From positions 2,700 through 66,699 of the forward strand of contig DITA01000047.1 in assembly GCA_002422665.1 (NCBI GenBank): a DNA stretch of 64,000 bases. The letters are read 5' to 3'. The stretch is from Flavobacteriales bacterium UBA6196. Lineage in GTDB: Bacteria > Bacteroidota > Bacteroidia > Flavobacteriales > Weeksellaceae. The notes beneath the pieces are model-generated. The model was not told the origin of the DNA, made no database searches, and worked only from the letters and a program-made list of their open reading frames with translations. Shown in pieces: positions 51,575 through 60,863 of the stretch. The number at the start of each line of letters is the position of its first letter. The stretch's first letter is position 1. The position numbers and the translations under genes are program-made.

Positions 51575-51666
51575 GATTTAGGTAAAGACAAAGGTTTAGA
51601 AATTTAAAATTTTGTCAAAAAATGGTAGTGTAATTCACTCAACCTCAACCTTAATCTTAATCTAAA
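51572..51666. repeat. Opposed degenerate hexamer arrays upstream of tnaA
   Basis: CTCAAC CTCAAC CTTAAT CTTAAT (51638-51661) facing TGAGAT TTAGGT AAAGAC AAAGGT TTAG (51572-51599). Confidence 0.55.
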
Positions 51667-53043
51667 ATGAAACTTCCTTACGCAGAACCCTTCCGCATAA
51701 AAATGGTGGAAGAAATTTCGCAATCTACACGCGAACAAAGAGAAATTTGGCTTCAAGAAGCGCACTATAACTTATTTAATTTAAAATCTTCTCAGGTTTT
51801 TATCGATTTACTTACCGATTCAGGAACGGGAGCAATGAGTGATAAACAATGGGGAGAACTCATGACTGGAGATGAATCTTATGCAGGTTCTCGCTCCTTC
51901 GAAAAACTCCAAAAACAAGTCGAAAAATTAACGGGATTTCACTTTCTTTTACCAGTTCATCAAGGTAGAGCTGCAGAAAATGTGCTTTTTTCTACGATGA
52001 TTAAAGAAAATGACATCATTCCCGGAAATTCTCATTTTGACACGACAAAAGGTCATATAGAATTTAGAAAAGCTCATGCAGTAGATTGTACGATTGATGA
52101 GGCTTTTGATATAGAAAATCTTCATCCTTTCAAAGGAAATTTAGATATTCAAAAATTGGAAAAAGTTTATCAGTCTTATCCAAAAGAACAAATTCCGTTT
52201 TGTTTGATTACCATTACTTGTAATACTTCTGGTGGACAACCCGTTTCTTTGGAAAACATAAAAGCGATTAAAAATCTTTCTGATCAATACGGAATTCCAG
52301 TTATTTTTGACGCTGCGAGATTTGCCGAAAATGCTTATTTCATCAAACAAAGAGAAGAAAATTACAAAAATTGGAGCATCAAAGAAATCTGTAGAGAAAT
52401 GTTTTCTTACGGAATTGGGATGACCATGAGTTCTAAAAAAGATGGTTTGGTAAATATTGGTGGTTTTATCGCTTTAAATGACGAAGAAATTTTCAGAAAA
52501 GCGTCTAATTTCACTATTATTTATGAAGGTTTTATCACTTACGGAGGAATGGCTGGAAGAGATATGGCTGCACTTGCACAAGGTTTAGACGAAGCAACCG
52601 AATTTCCTTACTTAGAAAGCAGAATTTCTCAAGTAGAACTTCTGGGAAATCTTTTGATTGAATACGGGATTCCTGTCCAGAAACCAATTGGCGGTCACGC
52701 AGTTTTCTTAGATGCGCTGAAGTTCCTTCCGAACGTAAAAAGAGAAGAATTTCCTGCACAAACATTGGCTTTAGAAATCTATAAAGAGGCAGGAATTAGA
52801 GGCGTAGAAATTGGAACCATTTTGGCAGATAGAGATCCAGAAACCAGAGAAAATCGTTATCCGAAATTGGAATTGGTAAGATTGGCATTGCCAAGAAGAA
52901 CCTTTACGGATAATCATATTCGCTATATTGCAGCAGCGCTTAAAAATGTTTTTGACCGAAGAGATGAAATTACAAGAGGTTACAAAATCACTTGGGAGTC
53001 AGAAATTTTAAGACATTTTACAGTAAAGTTAGAGCAAGCATAA
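51667..53043 (+). CDS. tnaA: Tryptophanase
   Basis: DLLTDSGT, HQGRAAE and MSSKKD (PLP lysine); C-terminal LRHFT is tryptophanase-type, whereas tyrosine phenol-lyase has LRFFT. Confidence 0.88.
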   Translation: MKLPYAEPFRIKMVEEISQSTREQREIWLQEAHYNLFNLKSSQVFIDLLTDSGTGAMSDKQWGELMTGDESYAGSRSFEKLQKQVEKLTGFHFLLPVHQGRAAENVLFSTMIKENDIIPGNSHFDTTKGHIEFRKAHAVDCTIDEAFDIENLHPFKGNLDIQKLEKVYQSYPKEQIPFCLITITCNTSGGQPVSLENIKAIKNLSDQYGIPVIFDAARFAENAYFIKQREENYKNWSIKEICREMFSYGIGMTMSSKKDGLVNIGGFIALNDEEIFRKASNFTIIYEGFITYGGMAGRDMAALAQGLDEATEFPYLESRISQVELLGNLLIEYGIPVQKPIGGHAVFLDALKFLPNVKREEFPAQTLALEIYKEAGIRGVEIGTILADRDPETRENRYPKLELVRLALPRRTFTDNHIRYIAAALKNVFDRRDEITRGYKITWESEILRHFTVKLEQA

Positions 53044-53072
53044 AAAATGCCGAGAATTTTCTCGGCATTTTT
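53042..53072. terminator. Bidirectional terminator
   Basis: AAAAATGCCGAGAA/TTCTCGGCATTTTT. Confidence 0.88.
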
Positions 53073-53089
53073 ATTTTTTATAAAGTTTT

Positions 53090-53596
53090 TTAGTTGTCAA
53101 TATCAAAAGACACTCCAATATTTACTGCAAACTGATTGTTTAAATCGTCAAAAGCAATTTCAGATTTTTTGTATTTCGCGATTGGGAATTGCATTTCTGT
53201 ATAGAGTCCAAAACCTTTATCGAAGAAATATCTTGCTCCAAGATGTCCACCGAAATTTTTAAGTCCAAGGTTTAATCCAGGATATACATCTACATTTGAA
53301 GGAAGTTTCAAAACACTTCCAAGATTGGCATTTAATCTTACTTTTAAGTCAAATCTATCTCCGAATTTTGGAATTTCTCCACCAATTTCTTTTACACCAA
53401 GAAGATATCCAGCTTGTGCGCCAATTGAGAAACTCTCGCCTAAACCATAATCTACAGAAGAAACAATACCTGTTCCTCCATCTTGTAAATTAGCACCTAA
53501 ATTTACTTTTACATCACCTGCTCCTTTATAAGCAACAGTTTGAGCGCTTGCAAAACCTACGGCAAATATCATTGCGCTTGCAAAAATTTTTTTCAT
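53090..53596 (-). CDS. Outer-membrane beta-barrel protein
   Basis: Signal peptide, amphipathic strands, GARYFF, C-terminal GVSF. Confidence 0.75.
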   Translation of the reverse strand: MKKIFASAMIFAVGFASAQTVAYKGAGDVKVNLGANLQDGGTGIVSSVDYGLGESFSIGAQAGYLLGVKEIGGEIPKFGDRFDLKVRLNANLGSVLKLPSNVDVYPGLNLGLKNFGGHLGARYFFDKGFGLYTEMQFPIAKYKKSEIAFDDLNNQFAVNIGVSFDIDN

Positions 53597-53641
53597 AATT
53601 TATATTTTTATAACGTTATAAAACGGGCGCAAAGATAAAAT

Positions 53642-54016
53642 TTATTTTAATTTGAAATCTACAGCCCTGAAAACATCTGCCGTATCTGTAACAAAATAAA
53701 TGCCATTTTCTTTCTCTACCAATTTCGGTTTGAACCCGAAAATTGCGGTAGATTGAGCTATTACATTGACTTTAAATTTTTTATCGGTTTTATTTTCTGG
53801 AGTAATTTCTTGTAAAATATTATTGAGCACTACAGATTTTGGTGCAATAGAATCATGACTTAGTTCAAATTCTACCCAATATCCTTTTTGGTCAGCATTA
53901 GAATAAGAAGAATAAGTGGCGTTTTTTACCTTTGGCAAAACGTTTGATTGACAAGAAATTGCGAGGCTTGCCATAAAGATTGCTCCCAAAAATGATTTTA
54001 TTATACTAATTTTCAT
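53642..54016 (-). CDS. Hypothetical lipoprotein
   Basis: Lipobox AISC; TAGATTTG promoter at 54039-54046 (minus). Confidence 0.75.
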   Translation of the reverse strand: MKISIIKSFLGAIFMASLAISCQSNVLPKVKNATYSSYSNADQKGYWVEFELSHDSIAPKSVVLNNILQEITPENKTDKKFKVNVIAQSTAIFGFKPKLVEKENGIYFVTDTADVFRAVDFKLK

Positions 54017-54055
54017 AAATTTATCGTTAAGTTTATTACAAATCTATTCAAAAAA

Positions 54056-55537
54056 ATGAAACTTAAATATCTATTTAACGCACTATTTTTAACATTAGTA
54101 TTTATCTCTTGTTCTAGAGATGACAATAATGATTCTGGTTCTACTACTAAGCCCGATGAAATCAATAATTTTGTTTGGAAGGCGATGAACTCTTGGTATT
54201 ATTGGCAACCCAATGTTCCTAATTTAGCAGATTCTTTTGATGATAATCAAACCACGTACGCTAATTTTTTAAATGGAAAAACTCCAGACAAGCTTTTCTA
54301 TTCTTTGCTTTATCAAAGAGGTACCATTGATAGATTTTCTTGGATTGAAAACAATAATGAAGTAGTATATTCTTCTAAAATTGCCGAAGTTGAAAAAAGT
54401 GGAGGTTTTGATATAGGAATTTATCCGAAAGACAATACCAATACTACCGCAGTTGCTCTTGTAAATTATGTGGTTCCTAATTCTCCTGCAGCTTTAGCTG
54501 GTTTAAAACGTGGTGATGTAATCACTAAAGTAAATGGTTCTCCTTTAACGCTTAATAATTCTGACTTATTGTATAACAATCAAGTAACTGTTACTCTGGC
54601 AGCAACGGTACAATTAACGAGTGCAGGACTTATTACCACAGATAAAACTTCTTCTATTTCGATTACTCAAGCAGATATAGACGAAAATCCAATCGCTTAT
54701 TATGAGAAAAAAGTGTACGGAACTAAAAATATTGGATATTTGGTATTTAATGCTTTCAAAGCAGATTATAATGATGAGTTAAATGCTGCTTTTGCTCAAA
54801 TGAAAGCAGATGGAATCAATGAATTGGTTTTAGATTTAAGATATAACGGAGGTGGTTCTCTGGAAACGGCAGTTGCTTTAGCAGGAATGATTAACGGCAA
54901 TTATAGCGGAAGTCCGTATGTTTTTTTAGATTTTAATAATAAACATAATAGCGAAGACGGCTTTGATTATTTGAATAACCAAGTTAATACTTACAGTTTA
55001 GTGAATAACAGACCCGAAAAATCTGGAACACAAACCATTAATAGTCTTAATCTGACTAAAGTCTATGTATTGGTAAATTTCCAAACTGCTTCTGCAAGTG
55101 AACTTACGGTTCAGTGTCTTAAAAAATATGTAAATGTGGTAACGATTGGTTATGATACAGTAGGGAAATTTGTAGGCTCTATCACTTTATATGATTCTCC
55201 TGCTCAAGATTATACTTCTTATGCGAACAGAAATACGAAGCACAACTGGCAACTACAACCGATTACTTTTTCTTATTACAACAAAGACAAAGATGTAAAT
55301 CCAGAATTTATTGCTCCGAATTATGAAGTAAATCCTTATTCTATTTTCAATAATTTAACTGCTTTTGGCGATGTAAGAGACCCGTTTTTGAAAAAGGCTT
55401 TAGAGCTTATTACAGGTCAGTCATTCAGAATGGGTAATACTTCTACCAGCAGTTTTGAAAATAAAAATCTACAAAAATTCAATCCTACGAATGCTGCAAA
55501 AGGTCTTTATATTCAAGATTTTCAGAATTTTAGATAA
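54056..55537 (+). CDS. S41-family peptidase lipoprotein with PDZ domain
   Basis: SPA..AGLKRGD, LDLRYNGGG and TASASE motifs; lipobox FISC. Confidence 0.92.
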   Translation: MKLKYLFNALFLTLVFISCSRDDNNDSGSTTKPDEINNFVWKAMNSWYYWQPNVPNLADSFDDNQTTYANFLNGKTPDKLFYSLLYQRGTIDRFSWIENNNEVVYSSKIAEVEKSGGFDIGIYPKDNTNTTAVALVNYVVPNSPAALAGLKRGDVITKVNGSPLTLNNSDLLYNNQVTVTLAATVQLTSAGLITTDKTSSISITQADIDENPIAYYEKKVYGTKNIGYLVFNAFKADYNDELNAAFAQMKADGINELVLDLRYNGGGSLETAVALAGMINGNYSGSPYVFLDFNNKHNSEDGFDYLNNQVNTYSLVNNRPEKSGTQTINSLNLTKVYVLVNFQTASASELTVQCLKKYVNVVTIGYDTVGKFVGSITLYDSPAQDYTSYANRNTKHNWQLQPITFSYYNKDKDVNPEFIAPNYEVNPYSIFNNLTAFGDVRDPFLKKALELITGQSFRMGNTSTSSFENKNLQKFNPTNAAKGLYIQDFQNFR

Positions 55538-55542
55538 TTTTT

Positions 55543-55572
55543 AAAAGAGCAGAAATTTCTGCTCTTTTTTTT
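55543..55572 (+). terminator. Intrinsic terminator after S41 peptidase
   Basis: AAAAGAGCAGAAATTTCTGCTCTTTT plus T-run. Confidence 0.85.
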
Positions 55573-55609
55573 GTCTTTATTCTTTTATCTTTGTTCTTTA
55601 TTCTAAAAT

Positions 55610-57601
55610 ATGAATTTCAAACTCCATTCAGAATTTGCGCCAACTGGTGATCAACCTACAGCTATAGAAAAACTCTCCGAAGGTTTACAAAACGGAGAGA
55701 AATATCAGACTTTGCTTGGTGTTACCGGTTCTGGTAAGACTTTTACCATTGCAAATGTGGTAGAAAAAGTTCAAAAACCGACTTTAGTTTTAGCACATAA
55801 TAAAACTTTGGCGGCTCAACTTTTTATGGAATTCAAGGAGTTTTTCCCAGATAATGCAGTAGAATATTTCGTTTCTTACTACGATTATTATCAGCCAGAA
55901 GCTTACATTGCTTCGTCTGGAACGTATATAGAAAAAGACTTGTCTATCAATGAAGAAGTAGAAAAATTGAGACTTTCGGCTACGGCAAGTTTACTTTCCG
56001 GAAGAAGAGACGTTTTAATTGTGGCTTCAGTTTCATGTATTTACGGTATCGGAAATCCTACAGAGTTTAATAAATCTTTGATTGAGCTAGAAGTTAATTC
56101 TAAAATTTCTAGAACGGCGTTTCTTCATAAGTTGGTAAATGCATTGTATTCTAGGAGTGTAAACGAATTTGCGAGAGGTACATTTCGGGTAAAAGGAGAT
56201 GTGATAGATGTTTATCCAGCGTATGCTGATAACGGAATTAGAGTTCAATTTTTCGGAGATGAAATCGAAAAAATTCAAAGTTTTGATGTTATTTCTGGAA
56301 ACGTAACTTCTAGTTTTGACCGAATTAATATTTATCCTGCCAATTTATTTGTGACCTCTAAAGAAACTTTAAACGGAGCGATTAGAGAAATTCAAGATGA
56401 TTTGGTAAAACAAGTTGACTTTTTTAATTCTATTGAAAAACCAATTGAAGCCAAACGTTTGCACGAACGTACCGAATTGGATTTGGAAATGATAAAAGAA
56501 CTCGGTTATTGCTCTGGAATTGAGAATTATTCTCGTTATATGGACGGAAGAATGCCTGGTTCTAGACCTTTCTGTTTACTCGATTATTTTCCGAAAGATT
56601 ATTTGATGGTGATTGATGAATCTCACGTAACCATTCCGCAAGTTCATGCAATGTATGGTGGCGATAGAAGTAGAAAAGAAGCTTTGGTAGAATACGGTTT
56701 CAGACTTCCTGCTGCAATGGATAACAGACCTCTGAAATTTCCAGAATTTGAGGAAATGCAGAATCAAGTGATTTACGTTTCTGCGACTCCTGCTGATTAC
56801 GAATTGGAAAAATCTGGCGGAATTTACACTGAACAAATTATCAGACCGACTGGACTTCTTGACCCAATTATTGAAATAAGACCTACCATGAATCAAATTG
56901 ATGATTTAATTGAAGAAATTCAAAAAAGGGTAGAAGAAGACGAACGTGTTTTGGTGACGACTTTAACCAAAAAAATGGCAGAAGAATTGACCAAATATTT
57001 TACCAGATTTGGTATTAGAACTCGTTATATTCACTCAGATGTAGAAACTTTGGAGCGTATCCAAATTATGCAAGATTTAAGAACAGGATTATTTGATGTT
57101 TTGGTGGGTGTAAATCTTTTGAGGGAAGGTTTAGATTTACCAGAAGTTTCGCTGGTAGCAATTCTCGATGCGGATAAAGAAGGGATGTTGCGTTCTCGTC
57201 GTTCTTTGGTTCAGACTATTGGTAGAGCTGCAAGAAATATCAACGGAAAAGCAATTATGTACGCCGATAAAATCACCAATTCTATGCAAAAAGCAATTGA
57301 TGAAACCAATTATCGCCGTGAAAAACAAACGCAGTACAATTTAGAACACAATAAGGTTCCGACTCCGCTCAATAAGAAAATTTCTGAAAATTTAGTGGGA
57401 AGAAGCAAAGATTTCCCAGATTCTCAATACACGCAGAAAGAAATTATTCGTCAAGTTGCAGAAGAACGCGAAACTTACGGAAGCGTAGACGTGGAAAAAC
57501 TCATCGCCGAAAAACAAAAAGCAATGGAAGCCGCTGCGAAAAATCTAGATTTCATCACCGCTGCAAAATTGAGAGATGAGATTGTAGCGTTGAAAGGGTA
57601 A
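55610..57601 (+). CDS. uvrB: Excinuclease ABC subunit B
   Basis: GVTGSGKT, YYDYYQPEAY, DESH and QTIGRAAR motifs; C-terminal UVR domain. Confidence 0.98.
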   Translation: MNFKLHSEFAPTGDQPTAIEKLSEGLQNGEKYQTLLGVTGSGKTFTIANVVEKVQKPTLVLAHNKTLAAQLFMEFKEFFPDNAVEYFVSYYDYYQPEAYIASSGTYIEKDLSINEEVEKLRLSATASLLSGRRDVLIVASVSCIYGIGNPTEFNKSLIELEVNSKISRTAFLHKLVNALYSRSVNEFARGTFRVKGDVIDVYPAYADNGIRVQFFGDEIEKIQSFDVISGNVTSSFDRINIYPANLFVTSKETLNGAIREIQDDLVKQVDFFNSIEKPIEAKRLHERTELDLEMIKELGYCSGIENYSRYMDGRMPGSRPFCLLDYFPKDYLMVIDESHVTIPQVHAMYGGDRSRKEALVEYGFRLPAAMDNRPLKFPEFEEMQNQVIYVSATPADYELEKSGGIYTEQIIRPTGLLDPIIEIRPTMNQIDDLIEEIQKRVEEDERVLVTTLTKKMAEELTKYFTRFGIRTRYIHSDVETLERIQIMQDLRTGLFDVLVGVNLLREGLDLPEVSLVAILDADKEGMLRSRRSLVQTIGRAARNINGKAIMYADKITNSMQKAIDETNYRREKQTQYNLEHNKVPTPLNKKISENLVGRSKDFPDSQYTQKEIIRQVAEERETYGSVDVEKLIAEKQKAMEAAAKNLDFITAAKLRDEIVALKG

Positions 57602-57610
57602 AAAATTTAA

Positions 57611-57791
57611 AAAAGACATTGCGTTCCTACGGAACGCTTTTTTAATGTCTGGATTTTGCTACACACATTACATTCCTACGGAATGTTAAAAAAATATAAA
57701 GTAACAATTTCAATAGGTTCCGTAGGAACCAAATGTGTGTAAGAATATATAGCGCAAATTTGGGGCGTTCCGTAGGAACGCAATGTCTTTT
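57611..57791. repeat. REPIN-like inverted pair of bipartite REP units
   Basis: AAAAGACATTGCGTTCCTACGGAACGC (57611-57637) is the exact reverse complement of 57765-57791; inner TACACACATT..TTCCTACGGAA units at 57660-57686 and 57716-57741. Confidence 0.9.
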
Positions 57792-57810
57792 AATTCTACT
57801 TTTATGGAAA

Positions 57811-58275
57811 TCAATCATAAAACTCAAACAAATATCTTTCATCATATTCTATCTCAAAAACTTTTAGAAATTTCAAATATTCTGTCCTAAAATTTTCTTT
57901 TTTATGATGCTCTTTTTGATTTTCAATGTAATGAACTACTATGTCTTTTTGACTTTTAGCATAAGAAAAGCAGCCATAACCTTCTTGCCAATGAAATCTT
58001 CCTAAAACGAATCTTTTTTCATTAATGAAACTTGTAGAAGAAGTTTTAATTTCTTTTACAAATTGAGAAACAGAAATATCTAATTTTTTGAAACTAACAA
58101 AAAAATGTATGTGATCTGGATTTGCGTAGATTGATAGAAGTTTCTGTCCTTTATTATGAATAATTCCTGTGATGTATTTTTGTAATTCTTCTCTGAAACT
58201 TTCTTTGATAAGGTTTTCTCTTCCTTTTACTACAAATATAAATTGTAGATAAATTTGTGAGTAAGTGTTTGGCAT
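57811..58275 (-). CDS. tnpA: IS200/IS605-family HUH (Y1) transposase, probably REP-associated (TnpA-REP/RAYT-like)
   Basis: PDHIH (HUH), WQEGY and YIENQ (catalytic Tyr); ATG 58275; no tnpB. Confidence 0.9.
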   Translation of the reverse strand: MPNTYSQIYLQFIFVVKGRENLIKESFREELQKYITGIIHNKGQKLLSIYANPDHIHFFVSFKKLDISVSQFVKEIKTSSTSFINEKRFVLGRFHWQEGYGCFSYAKSQKDIVVHYIENQKEHHKKENFRTEYLKFLKVFEIEYDERYLFEFYD

Positions 58276-58288
58276 ATTAGTTTTTTTT

Positions 58289-58356
58289 GACATTGCGTTC
58301 CTACGGAACGCTTTTCTTGGTTTAGTTTTATTACACACATTTTGTTCCTACGGAAC
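58289..58356 (+). repeat. Third bipartite REP unit upstream of tnpA
   Basis: GACATTGCGTTCCTACGGAACGC (58289-58311) and TACACACATTTTGTTCCTACGGAAC (58332-58356). Confidence 0.9.
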
Positions 58357-58363
58357 CTTTGAT

Positions 58364-58582
58364 TTATAATTGCTTTATTATTAAAGACGTAATTCCCCAA
58401 AAACCTGTTAACATTATTAATATACTGATTATTCTTAAAATTAAAACTGTTGTATATTTTGCTAAAAATTTTCTTAAAAAATTGTTTGCTTCTTTTTTTT
58501 CAATTTCTAAAATTTCTGGACTATATTTATAGAAATAGAGCCCAATAATCAGCATTAAAAAACTTATAAATAAAATTTCCAT
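58364..58582 (-). CDS. Small two-TM hypothetical protein
   Basis: 72 aa, two hydrophobic helices, very AT-rich. Confidence 0.6.
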   Translation of the reverse strand: MEILFISFLMLIIGLYFYKYSPEILEIEKKEANNFLRKFLAKYTTVLILRIISILIMLTGFWGITSLIIKQL

Positions 58583-58585
58583 GTC

Positions 58586-58846
58586 CTAAAACTTATAAAC
58601 CCTTTTCTTCGGTTTTTCATAATTCACTTCGCCACGAATTGGAGTGAGTAAATCCATTAAACCATTGATTTTTATTTCATAAATGGTAGAAAGTTGCATG
58701 CCGAGTTTTCCTTTTGGCATTCCTTGTCGGTGAAACCATTCTAAATAAGAAATGGGCAAATCTGCTAAAACGATTCCTGCATGTTTTCCAAAAGGCATTT
58801 TTACCTCGCAGATTTCTTTTAGTATTTCGGGGTTAATTTCTTGCAT
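58586..58846 (-). CDS. DUF3820-family protein
   Basis: MPFGKH.G..L.DLP..YLEWF...EIKINGL; ATG 58846. Confidence 0.85.
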   Translation of the reverse strand: MQEINPEILKEICEVKMPFGKHAGIVLADLPISYLEWFHRQGMPKGKLGMQLSTIYEIKINGLMDLLTPIRGEVNYEKPKKRVYKF

Positions 58847-58850
58847 TTTT

Positions 58851-59942
58851 TTAAATATCAATGTCAATTTTTGGCTGAAGTGGCGTTTCGCTTTCGGGAA
58901 GAACAATGTCATTCGGAGAATCTTCAGTTTCTTCAGAAAATTCGTCTCCATAAATTTGCATCAACAGAATAGTGATAGAAACTAAAATCGGCCCAAAGAT
59001 TAAACCTAAAAATCCAAAAATCTTTAACCCTAAAATAATTCCAAAAACAGTATTAAGAGGATGGATGTTTTCTAATTTTTTTAAAAAAGTAAACCTAAAA
59101 ATATTGTCTACCAATCCTACAATAATAAATCCGAAGCCTAAAACTCCTAATCCACCAAAAGTGTCGCCACTTGCAAGCATAAATAAACCAACTGGAACAT
59201 AAATGATAGCTGCTCCCACAATCGGAATCATACTGCCAATAAAAGTAAGGATAAACAATAATAAAGGACTTGGTGCACCGAATATAAAGTAGCCTATTAC
59301 CGCAACAATCGCTTGCCCAAGAGCGACTACAGGAATTCCTACTGCATTGGCAATCACCATTTTTCTGAATTTTTCTCCAATTTTTTGGTCATTCGCTTTC
59401 TTTAAAGGAGAAATAGAAGTAAGAATTCTTTCGAATAATCTTCCTTTAGTAAGCATAAAGTACAAGATAAAAAACATTCCTACAATTACACTAATCATAT
59501 TCACTGTAGTATTCAGAATAGCACTGGAAGCTTGCGTAGCAAATCCTGTGATTTTTTCTAGATTTCCGCCACTTAAAATTTCAAACCCTGTTTTGGCACG
59601 AATATAAGTTTCTATTTTTTCAAAAAATTGAGTAATACTTTCTGTATAAGCTTTTGCATCACTTATTTTATTGACTAAAACTTCAATGGTGAAATACGTG
59701 GGAATCACAATAATAACTAGACAAATTAAGATAATGACCAATGCAGCAACCCAAGGTTTCCAGCCTTTTTCTTCGACGAGTTTAAAATTCCAACTTCTAG
59801 AAATAATATATAACGTGATGGCTCCCAACAAGGAAGGCAAAAAATCACTGAGATTGTATAATATTATCGCTGAAAGAATGATAATGACCGCCAACATGAA
59901 AACTTGACGGATTTTGTTATTGCTGATTTGGTCTGGGTGCAT
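58851..59942 (-). CDS. AI-2E family transporter
   Basis: IPIVG, VDNIFR, IHPL and FGFLGLIFGP motifs. Confidence 0.9.
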   Translation of the reverse strand: MHPDQISNNKIRQVFMLAVIIILSAIILYNLSDFLPSLLGAITLYIISRSWNFKLVEEKGWKPWVAALVIILICLVIIVIPTYFTIEVLVNKISDAKAYTESITQFFEKIETYIRAKTGFEILSGGNLEKITGFATQASSAILNTTVNMISVIVGMFFILYFMLTKGRLFERILTSISPLKKANDQKIGEKFRKMVIANAVGIPVVALGQAIVAVIGYFIFGAPSPLLLFILTFIGSMIPIVGAAIIYVPVGLFMLASGDTFGGLGVLGFGFIIVGLVDNIFRFTFLKKLENIHPLNTVFGIILGLKIFGFLGLIFGPILVSITILLMQIYGDEFSEETEDSPNDIVLPESETPLQPKIDIDI

Positions 59943-59968
59943 TTGTTTTGTTTTAATGCGAATTTAAT

Positions 59969-59998
59969 AAAAAAAGCAACAGTAAAATCTGTTGCTTT
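59969..59998 (-). terminator. Intrinsic terminator
   Basis: AAAGCAACAG/CTGTTGCTTT stem with minus-strand U-tract. Confidence 0.75.
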
Positions 59999-60019
59999 CT
60001 GTAAATTGTTTATAAAATT

Positions 60020-60805
60020 TTAAGATTTTACTTCGTAAGGAGCTCCACAAATCGCCGAATAGATAGAATATCTTGCGGTAAAGAAAAACGGAAAGGTAAA
60101 TAGAACTCCAACTAAGCAAAATAAAAATCCTGCAGAAGCAATAATTCCTGCTAAAAGCCACAATACTAATACGGTGATAAAATTAGCATGAACCAAAGAA
60201 AATGATTTTCTAATACCTTCTATTGCTGAGGTATTTTCAAAAAATACAATCGGTAATCCTATAAAAAAAGCAAAAGAAAGATACATGCCAATCAGCATAT
60301 TGATTTCTAAGCCAGCTTGAATAAGCGCTGTAGTAATGAATCCGTAAATAATAATTTGTGTGGTATTTTGTCTGAAACCAATGAATAAATCACCAAATTC
60401 TACCTCTTTCTTAGCATTGAACTGATAAGAAATATAAATAATTCCTACCACTAATGGAGCCAATAAAGCCGAAGTAATACTTTTAGAAATGACTTCAGAA
60501 ATCATTACGGCAGTAGTTCTGGCCGCTTCTAAACTGTTTTGTAATTCTGTAATAGCATTTAGGTCATACTTTTTGTCTTCTACAAAATCATTCATGACTC
60601 TCATGACTTCATTTTGATAATCTCCACCGCCTGGAATCAAGAAAGACAACAGACCATTAAAAATAAAATACGCTAAAAGGTAAATGACTACAAAGACTAA
60701 TGCATATAAAAAAGTTCCCGTAAAATTTTCGAATGCATGAGAAAGAATACTTCCTATTTCCTTTTTGGGTGTAATAGGTTGGTTTACTTCGGTAAAATTT
60801 TCCAT
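60020..60805 (-). CDS. Multi-pass membrane protein (DUF975-like), paralog 1
   Basis: Several TM helices; G.LFCLVG.LFT.PF motif. Confidence 0.7.
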   Translation of the reverse strand: MENFTEVNQPITPKKEIGSILSHAFENFTGTFLYALVFVVIYLLAYFIFNGLLSFLIPGGGDYQNEVMRVMNDFVEDKKYDLNAITELQNSLEAARTTAVMISEVISKSITSALLAPLVVGIIYISYQFNAKKEVEFGDLFIGFRQNTTQIIIYGFITTALIQAGLEINMLIGMYLSFAFFIGLPIVFFENTSAIEGIRKSFSLVHANFITVLVLWLLAGIIASAGFLFCLVGVLFTFPFFFTARYSIYSAICGAPYEVKS

Positions 60806-60863
60806 AATTTTTTCAATTGAGTTATACCAAAATTAGTTATTTTTCTCAAAGTTTCGTTACATT

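Larger units (their letters stand above)
57611..58358 (-). mobile_element. REPtron-like locus: tnpA plus six GTTCCTACGGAAC-type hairpins
   Basis: Same bipartite unit on both sides of tnpA. Confidence 0.7.

Noticed and set aside
57611-57791. Possible CRISPR array
   Set aside because: Repeats are inverted and of two alternating types, flank a Y1 transposase, and no cas genes are present
57642-57845. 67-aa ORF downstream of tnpA (TnpB or accessory?)
   Set aside because: Runs through the REP palindromes; no RuvC or zinc-finger motifs
58847-58951. N-terminal extension of DUF3820, and similar extended starts for tnpA, mraZ, miaE, yihA, hemE and the T9SS cargo
   Set aside because: Upstream starts overlap neighbouring genes, promoters or repeats; downstream ATGs match family N-termini
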